From Eledone cirrhosa (taxonomy: Eukaryota), in assembly GCA_964016885.1 (NCBI GenBank), contig OZ024756.1:36518001-36582000 (forward strand): a stretch of DNA of 64,000 nt. Reading direction: 5' to 3'. The notes below the pieces were generated by a model. That model was not told the DNA's origin. It saw only the letters and a list, made by a program, of their open reading frames with translations, and ran no database searches. A program made the position numbers and the translations under genes. Below, piece after piece: positions 54,508 through 64,000 of the stretch. How positions within the stretch are numbered: position 1 is the first letter of the stretch; each line of letters opens with the position of its first letter.

Positions 54508-54633
54508 GGTTTACTGTATCACTCAGACTGATCCTCACATCAGAAGTAGTTGGTCTACAACAAACCACAAATGCCTACAGCATTCTCAGTGTCGGCAGCG
54601 GAGTCGCAGGATTAGTGGCTCCCCCTATCTTTG
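54508..54633 (+). CDS. MCT-B exon homologous to A exon 7
   Basis: 126 nt, GFTVSLRLILTSEVVG...APPIF; GTAAGT donor. Confidence 0.88.
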
Positions 54634-54900
54634 GTAAGTTCATTAACACATCAAGAATCAAATTCTCTAACCACTCAAACACACGCCTTCACAATGCTAT
54701 ATATGTGTCTATATGATGATATGTATGTTTATGTTAATATTTAATGCGCGTTTCTGTATTGATATGTATACGTATCTATTTGTATGTGTGTATCTATATT
54801 GATATATATATATATATGCGTACCTATCGGTATATATGTATCTGCATTAATGTATATACGTATCTGCTGGTATGTGTGTCAATGTATACATATATATATG

Positions 54901-54958
<58 letters not shown>

Positions 54959-55063
54959 CATACATATATATATGTATACATTGACACACATACCAGCAGA
55001 TACGTATATACATTAATGCAGATAAAAATATTTGCTTGTTGTATCCCAACAATTTAAATAGAA

Positions 55064-55154
<91 letters not shown>

Positions 55155-55263
55155 GAAAAGTATAGAATATATATATATATCTTCCCTCCCTTAGTACTAC
55201 AACAAATAATTGGAGTAAAAATACGATATTAACAAATGGAAACTATATTTATAAAACCATATT

Positions 55264-55328
55264 TATTTCATTATACATATTTCAAGGACACCAAGTTAAA
55301 TTATGGTGTGCTTTCATCAGATAAAATA
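55264..55328 (-). ncRNA. Hammerhead motif (same family as 60800-60854, 21365-21425, 18820-18900)
   Basis: tattttat-CTGATGA-aagcacacca...tggtgtcctt-GAAA-TATGT-ATA-atgaaata. Confidence 0.65.
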
Positions 55329-56987
55329 TAATATAGAGCAGTTTTATAAATAAATATTGACATACCCTTAAAGAGTTACTGTTAGAACTGCCGGATAGTG
55401 GGGTTATAACTTTATTTATACTATTATGTAAATTATTATTGGATATTTTTAAATGAGACTAGATTTAAATAAGCCGTTGGGTTACGGAGAAAGAAAGAGA
55501 GAGAGAGAGAGAGAGGAACAAGAGAGAAAAAAGAGCGAGATATAAAAGAAGAGAAGAAAGAGCAAACCTTTAAGAAGAAAATAAGAAAAAAGAGAGAGAC
55601 AGAGAGGAAAAGGAAAGAGAAAGCGAAAGCTCTAAGTGATAGGTTGTTGAGTTATCTTAACATTTGAGATGAAGTGAAAGAATAAAATATTAATGGATGA
55701 ATAGAGAAATGTAAATAAGCGTGAATAGCTTACGCATTTAAACATGCAGACTTAACTAGTAATGAAATGCACATTATATTATCGGCACTGAAAACATTAA
55801 TAATAATACAAAAATAATTCAACATTTTGAGCTCTTAGCGTTTCTTAGTTTTGAAGCTACTGAAAGTTTTGTGATGGAAACATTATGGCTGTTACTGTAC
55901 ATGCACATGAAATTATGTTTTCACACGAATTTAACTCATGTTATTGAGAATGTACTTTACAAAATGATAGCAGGTTTAACAAGTTGAAAATTAGATCGTA
56001 AATTATTTAATAAAATACACTAGATATAAAACAATGACAATTTAGTTTATAACCAAATTGAACCCTACCAGGCTCCTCTCTAACATATCATAAAATAATT
56101 TCTTATTACTATTCGAAAAAGCTGAAAAGATAGTGTGGGCGGATCATGGCATCAATATCAAGGCCTGCATTCCGAGGACTTACGGCTCTCTCAGGAATAT
56201 ATGGTAGAATAAAAAATAATAATAAAAATAAGAAGAAAATAAGAACAGTAACAGTAACAACAACAACGCTAGCAACAACTATTACTAAGTGCAAGACAGA
56301 AGTCTATAATCTCTATTTTGTCTAGTATACAAAATATTTCTCTCATATTATGAGTACATCTTCCCTTCCTTAGTACTAATTATTAAAGTCATCTATATAC
56401 AAGACACAGGCGTATCGGATTATGTATGAAGTACCATATATCTTTAAAGTAGCTCAGTTATACAATATCAGGGTAGATAACTCTTCTATATAATATCAAG
56501 GTGGTTAATTTTGTAAGGGGAGATAACTTCAATGAAATTACAATGACCTTAAAAACTGTTAAGGTGCACAAATTGGCAGAGTCGATAGAAGGTCGACTAG
56601 AGTATTGTGTGGGATTCATTCCGGTTCTTTGTGATCTGAGTACAAATCCCACCGATGTCAACTTTACGTTGCGTTTCATTTTATGGTGAAGGCATATGGC
56701 TTAGTGGTTAGAACATTGGGCTTGCAATCGGAAGGTTGTGAGTTCGATTCTCGAACTGGGTGATCTGTTGTATCCTTGAGCAAGACACTATATTTCACGT
56801 TGCTCTCTCCCTCTCTCTCTCTCCTTCTCCTTCTGTGGAAGAAATTGGCAGTATTGAGACCCGGGGAAGGGATGACTACATGAAAACCACCAGGTAGTGT
56901 CACATGTTACTATAGTGCCCTATAACTTCGAAATGAGATACGGGTCCTTACAAAAGAACAGTAAATATTTTAAATTTGTTATTTCAG

Positions 56988-57109
56988 GATTGGTATATGA
57001 CGTCACTGGATCGTTCTTGCCTGTGTTCTATGGATCTGCGGCTTGTGCCTTGCTTGCTTTAACATTCAGTCTATTGATTCCATTTCGTAATAGGCTTTGT
57101 ACAAAATAA
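56988..57109 (+). CDS. MCT-B terminal exon
   Basis: GLVYDVTGSFLPVFYGS to TAA. Confidence 0.88.
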
Positions 57110-57396
57110 ATCTTATTTTATAAAATATTGTTTCTAACTTGTTTTTAATGGATTTTCGTTTATATAATAATTGTTTCTACTTTTGGCACAAGGCCAGCAA
57201 TCATCCCAGTGCATTACTGGTACTTTATTTTATCGACCCCCTAAAGATGAAAGGCAAAGTTGACTTCGGCGGGATTTGAACTCAGACCATAAAGGGACGT
57301 AACTCTATGCTGGAAAGCATGGCGCCCGACCCTCCACCGATAATGTTACTGAGAAACCATTGTCCAAATTAAATGGTAGAATATCAATAAATTACA

Positions 57397-57447
<51 letters not shown>

Positions 57448-57510
57448 CGTGTTGTGTGTGCGTGTAGCTATGTTTGTTTGTGTGTGTATATATATATATT
57501 TTTATATATA

Positions 57511-57628
<118 letters not shown>

Positions 57629-57650
57629 CGTGCGTGTAGCTATGCTTGTT

Positions 57651-57700
<50 letters not shown>

Positions 57701-58402
57701 TATATGGAATGTAGAAAAGTAACGCATGAGTTGATATATAAAAACAAATAGTAGAGAGGAAAAATACTTTTTCAGTAGAAAATGCCGAAGAGATTCTTTC
57801 AGTATAATATCAAAACATTTATTTATAAAATGGATATTTCCGCATTTAATAATGGGACCGGTTTCAGCATTATATGCTTTTTCGACTGCAGATATGCATA
57901 ATATAGTTATGTTGCATATTTATACGAATAATAGAAAGAGGAAGAAAAATTATTAGTTTTTATATACATATTTAGAGAGGAGAGTTCATGTTTCTGTCCG
58001 CGTTTGTCCTTCGTTCTGTTAGTTGACTGACTGAAGTAGTAGTTTTAATTTTGGGGGGTTTTAACTGGTAGTAGTAGGGGCAGAGGGAGAAGTGATGTGG
58101 GGGAGCAGAAGAAGGAGACAGGTGTAGTAGCAATCTTTCAAAAATGGCTACACAGGCGAGATGGGATTGGTTTGAATGGTTGTGTGACTTTAGATTTGAA
58201 CAAGAAGGTGATTGTTTCAAGAAATATTTAGAAACAATTACTCACTGGTAAGTATGTGCATGAGGGTGTGTGTGTGCGTACAGTTAGAACATATGTGAAT
58301 CTTTTCTAAAAATCTCTTATACGTGTTCTTTATGAAGGTGGAATGTTGAGGGGTAGAAGTAAAGTTCAACATGTCGGGATTCAACTGATTTACTACAAGT
58401 CT

Positions 58403-58462
58403 AAAATATTTTATTATAAATATTTTTAGTAGAATTTCTTCCAAACCTGTCCCTCAAATCTA
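58403..58462 (+). pseudogene. Relic of an MCT exon-1 acceptor/start region (ATG mutated to CTG)
   Basis: TAGAATTTCTTCCAAACCTGTCCCTCAAATCTA versus TAGAATTTCTTCCAGACATGTCCCTCAACTCTA in B and C. Confidence 0.6.
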
Positions 58463-60000
58463 CCTAGTTGATGTTGTTTAAATTCCAATGAGAAAGTCTT
58501 CTATCTATTTTAGAAACCGACTCACTCTCTCTATTGATAAAAAAAATTGTGAAATTATATAACCAGGAGAACATACATACATACATAATCTAATAACTGC
58601 TTATACACATGTACAGATACAAAACGTATGCACATATACACATACAACTCAAAACATACACATCCACACATACAATAACATCCATATCTACACATGCATG
58701 CATGCATACATATTTACCTAGTTGATGTTATGTAAATTCCAATGAGAGAGTCTTGTAACTATGTTAGAAACCGACTCTCTCTCTCTATTGATAACAATTT
58801 GTGAAATTATATAACCAGAAGAACATACATACATACATACATACATACATACATACATACATACATACATACATACATACATACATACATACATACATAC
58901 ATACATACAAGTAAACTTGGTCGGGTTTCCGGTTTAGTCGCCAACAACCCGACCATGTGACAGGCTCTACTGGGTTATATGTTACCAGTAGCACTCAAAA
59001 GTGACCCTATATACATACATATATACATACATACATACATACATATGAAATTATGTTTTCACACGAAATTATCTCATGTAATTTGAGAATATACTTAACA
59101 AAATGATAAGTTTAACAAGCAGAAAATTAGATCCTAAATTATTTATTGCAATATATCAGTCATAAAAACAATGACAATTTATTGTGTAACCAAGCTAAAC
59201 GACTCTAGGCTCCTCTATAACATATCATAAATTCACAAGGTAATGTGGAAACTCTTTATATATTTTCTATTGATCTGTTGTTTCTTAATTATATAATATT
59301 TATCCATTATATAATAAATACAATAATAATTTTTATGTCATCATTAAAATTTTATCAAAACATAAACTTTATATATCTATAAATTCTGTCTCTAATCACA
59401 TATTCAGTCACCAATCACATTTACTATATCGATAATTATAAATCACCAATCATAATATTTACTACATCGATAACAATTATTCAACACACACACATACACA
59501 TATATATTACTCAATAATATATGTGTATATATATATATGTTTTTGTCGAAAATAAGTAATTGACATAGTCACTAATTTAAAACTCATAGCGAATGGTCTT
59601 CTATCATCGCTGTCAAATCTTTACATTCGGTCTGTGATAGATACGTACTCACTGACCCACCACCACCCCACTACTCTAGTATAGAAGAACTGCTTCGAAC
59701 TTTATTATCCCGCAGCTAATCCGCGCAGACACTCCCCAGTTAGAGTATTTCAGTTGTACGCAAACAGTAAACAGCGAAGGTCACGTGTTGTCCCTCTCCG
59801 ACATAACCTTTTCCTACGTTCTTTTACGCTCTTTACGTCTCTTTCTACGTTTCCTCTTATATCTCTCTCTCTTTACCACCTGATTCTGTTACCCGCAGAT
59901 TTACCCGTCTACATTGTTGAGGCTTCCAAAACGACTATTTTTATTATTCCACAATGCTTCAAGCAAACTTCAACACTCTTATGTATATATATATATATAT

Positions 60001-60411
60001 ATAAAATATTAAACAAATAATGAATAAACAATTCCTTATATTAAACAAAAAAAGTTCATTATTTAACGATCGTTTCTAGGATATATATGTGTTAGAGTTG
60101 GCATGCATATTCAACAGATCTATGTACAAAATTATACAAAATTATACAAACTATCAAGATTAAATATACATACCAACACATATATACGCCGTCTTCAGAA
60201 ATAATGATTATTTCTGAAGACGGCGTATATATGTGTTGGTATGTATATTTAATCTTGATAGTTTGTATAATTTTGTATAATTTTGTACATAGATCTGTTG
60301 AATATGCATGCCAACTCTAACACATATATATCCTAGAAACGATCGTTAAATAATGAACTTTTTTTGTTTAATATAAGGAATTGTTTATTCATTATTTGTT
60401 TAATATTTTAT
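60001..60411. repeat. ~205-bp-arm palindrome centred at 60206, carrying two opposed hammerhead motifs
   Basis: Arms are reverse complements by eye; attattt-CTGAAGA-[long stem II]-GAAA-C-GATC-GTT-aaataat at 60207-60354. Confidence 0.85.
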
Positions 60412-60542
60412 CTTGACTCTGTATACCGTTTATCTTTCACCGAAAGTGATTTTTCATTACATTTCTTCTTTCCATGATATCCGGAATACATTGAGTTCTT
60501 CATACGGATTGGACACTACCGTAAACTCTTGGTAGATTTATC

Positions 60543-60672
<130 letters not shown>

Positions 60673-60799
60673 ATAGTTAAACAAGATTCAATGAGTATAT
60701 GAAAGAATGAGTTTTACAGTAGATTGGAAGCACTCTACGAAAAATAATTTTCCAGAGTTATTAAAATTATAACATCTCAGGGTATGTCATGTATCATTA

Positions 60800-60854
60800 T
60801 ATTTTGTCTGATGAGGACCTACAGTTGTACATCCGAAATATGTATAATAAAATG
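60800..60854 (+). ncRNA. Minimal hammerhead motif between (TA)n tracts
   Basis: tattttgt-CTGATGA-gga cctacagttgtaca tcc-GAAA-TATGT-ATA-ataaaatg. Confidence 0.65.
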
Positions 60855-60898
60855 TAATTGATGAGAAGAACATCTATTTTATTAATATTTGTATTTTA

Positions 60899-61038
<140 letters not shown>

Positions 61039-61092
61039 CATATAGTGATATATATAGTGAACAAAACAGAGAGGCAGACAAATAAATATATC

Positions 61093-61160
<68 letters not shown>

Positions 61161-61572
61161 TGAAAAATGCCGTGCTGCGTTGTTGCGAATATGAACATAT
61201 GAATAAAAAATAGACCGAGAAACAAGAATGTCCGTCATCAGTAGTCTGCTGATTATCATTGGTATTTCTTCGCATTAAAGACTAGATACCTAAAAATCAG
61301 TGCGAGCGATAACTAAATTAAGTTATCGGGACAGAGGAAAACAGAGGAAAGGAAACAAACAACATGGTAGTAATGCAACGTAAAGAGAGGAAAAGAGAGA
61401 CAAGTCAATGAATATTGTGGGCTTAAGTCCGACAAATCAAATGACGAGAAGAAACAGACACGTACGAGCCAGAAGAAAAGTGAGAGAGGAGGAGTAGCAG
61501 AGAGTGAGTGAGTGAAAGTGTGGGGAAGGGGCCAGCCGAGAGTGAGTGACCAGCAGTGGGAGTGGAGGAAAG

Positions 61573-61653
<81 letters not shown>

Positions 61654-61747
61654 AAAAGAGCTCTGCCGTCGGGGTCCTGACTCTTTTCCTTGTATCCACC
61701 CTACTACCCTAAGTATAGAGTACTCTGGTGCGTTATGGTCCACCTGG

Positions 61748-61823
<76 letters not shown>

Positions 61824-62189
61824 AAAAAGTAAACAGAAATAACAACACAACATGTACAGTATATGGAAGGTATATATTAGGTTAACCCTTGATATAGCAG
61901 GATATATTATATATATATATATATATATAAATCAAACATCCCCTCTGTGTTGACCCCTCCCCCCTCCGAGGATGTGTGGCCTTAATTATGAGTCTAGGTA
62001 TCTGTGTTTTAGTGTGTTATGTGAAACTACTTAATGGAGTAATAAATAATATAACTCAATTAAGAGCCACTTCCTAACATTGAATAAACACTCAGGATTT
62101 TATGTACAAGTACTACACCCAAATACCAAACAATCGTAAAAGCTTAAAATGTTTTATTTTAAATATTTTCACTAGAATTTCTTCCAGAC

Positions 62190-62439
62190 ATGTCCCTCAA
62201 CTCTAGAAAAGATGTTCCAGATACCAAAGATGTTGAAAATTGCCAAAAACAACCAGTGATACCAGATGGAGGTTGGGGGTGGGTCGTATGTTTTGCTGCA
62301 GCCTCTGTTTGTTTCACAGTAAATGAATTGACAGGTTCTTCTGGAATCTTCCTTCTTGGACTCAGAAAAATCTTTGATGAGCCAGTATCAAAGTTGTCTT
62401 GGATCGGAGCTTTGCTAAATGGACTCAGTATGCTTGCAG
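62190..62439 (+). CDS. SLC16/MCT paralogue C, coding exon 1
   Basis: Near-identical to B exon 1. Confidence 0.87.
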
Positions 62440-62706
62440 GTAAATCAAATACATTTTCTAATCCGACCTTTCTAATCCGATGCTTTCAAAACAGTATCTC
62501 AGCAATTGAGGTTCCTTCAATTTTATGAAAATATATTTTTGTTTTATCTATTGCTACCACGAAATATCTCTTTATTCAATGTTCACCGCAATATTTCTGG
62601 TCCGCATGGTGAAAATGTTATTGTCTTGACAGTGTACAAAATCAATAAGATCGAACCTAGAAATCTTAAGCTGCATTGATTATTCTTTATCACATTATAT
62701 CTTCAG

Positions 62707-62850
62707 CTCCAGTTGCCAGTATTTTGTTGGCTTACTTTAGTCATAGGACAGTGTTGATATTATCAGGACTTATTGGATTCACAGGAGCCATTTTGGGAGT
62801 ATTTTCTACCGGTAGTGATATGATGATAGCTACATATGGGGTTATTACAG
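62707..62850 (+). CDS. MCT-C exon 2
   Basis: Near-identical to B exon 2; AG/GT. Confidence 0.87.
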
Positions 62851-63916
62851 GTAAGATATCGTTCAAACTTACGGAAAATACACTACATTTATCATTTAAT
62901 ATCATAACATATTTAACATTACCTTATGTGATATATATATATGTAATATCATTACATATCTAACGTACGACATTTAATATTATGACAGATATACTACAGT
63001 TTATAACAGACGACAATAAATATTCTTAAATATCACAATGAATATTGTATGAGACATATTACAATATAATAACTATGATATAACGTGTTAAATATTACAT
63101 ATTACATTCATATTATAATAATATTATACAACACAACGTCAGTATCATAAATCCTTTACATTTTAACCATTTTTATATCTGTCTCCGGTAGTATTGTCAT
63201 TCACAGATTTCTTCAACATATTAGGTTGAACTTCGTATGAATCTAATTTTTATAGTTGATCCATCGTTCCTATCTTTTTTTTCTCTCATATTATACCGAG
63301 GACTTTATTACACAGTATATTCATTCATTGTATTGTTTGCTAGTCTGAAATTTGTATTACAATTACTTGTTATTTCTAGCAGGTCGAGAAACATCATAGA
63401 GGGTCCTTCGTTGCTACCTTCTCCAGATATTCCTAAACAGATACTCTACAGCTACATTAACACACTAGAAACCTCACTTTACAACATTAACAAAGAAATG
63501 GAACCGATCGTAAGGTGGAAGCAAGTAATCAATAAATCTGTTGGTCTTCAACTGCTGATACTACCTGTCGGTCTCAACTTGTGATGGAATGAGTCGGGAT
63601 TTAAACTCAAATCATGAAACTGGATCATATACCGTAAAGTATAGAAGTAGCAATTCTATCAATCAACTGCCTGGTGGTTGCTATTTATCAACCTCAAAAA
63701 TATAAAATTTACCTCACCTCGCCGAGGAGCGACGTCATATCATAGTGACACTGAATAAATGTTGAAATATTTAATCCGAAGCCCTAATGATTCTGCAAAT
63801 TCGGTTTCATACCATATCGGTTTACAGAGAATATCTTCTCTGCTTTCCCATGCATTCTATATTTTTTCTAGACACTTTCAAAATAACGTTTGTGAAATTT
63901 TCTCATGATTTTGCAG

Positions 63917-64000
63917 GTGTGTCGCTTGGAATGTCCTTCTTCACTGCGCCAATTATCGCAGGACAGTATTTTGACAAGAAACGTGCCTTAGCAATAGGAA
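63917..64000 (+). CDS. MCT-C exon 3 (runs off the window)
   Basis: Matches the start of B exon 3 (GVSLGMSFFTAPIIAGQYFDKKRALAIG). Confidence 0.87.

Noticed and set aside
56687-56762. tRNA gene
   Set aside because: The A/B boxes run directly into a SINE body found in several copies; no clean cloverleaf.
61210-61250. Minus-strand CTGATGA hammerhead candidate
   Set aside because: The GAAA half of the core is absent.

Overview
AT-rich, microsatellite-dense animal genomic DNA with spliceosomal introns. The SINE families and (TA)n/(TATG)n load look like a coleoid cephalopod, probably Octopus (inference). Host genes: the last two exons of an unknown low-complexity protein (933-5653, +); an intronless peripherin/RDS-like tetraspanin (15200-16216, -); and a tandem cluster of three SLC16/MCT-family transporters (A 23877-34204, 8 coding exons; B 46710-57109; C 62190 to beyond the window end), plus a relic of a further copy. 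Mobile DNA includes a recently inactivated Tx1/L1-clade LINE, a 5'-truncated Penelope-like element (GIY-YIG) between ~660-bp inverted repeats, RTE, CR1 and CRE fragments, hAT and piggyBac-type MITEs and many SINEs. Two observations stand out. (1) Minimal hammerhead-ribozyme motifs occur at about ten sites and in several sequence families, including U3-A8 core variants, in short elements at (TA)n tracts, often palindromic. (2) In both MCT paralogues where TM8 is visible, the carboxylate-binding Arg is replaced by Glu. All calls were made by eye, without database searches or folding software.
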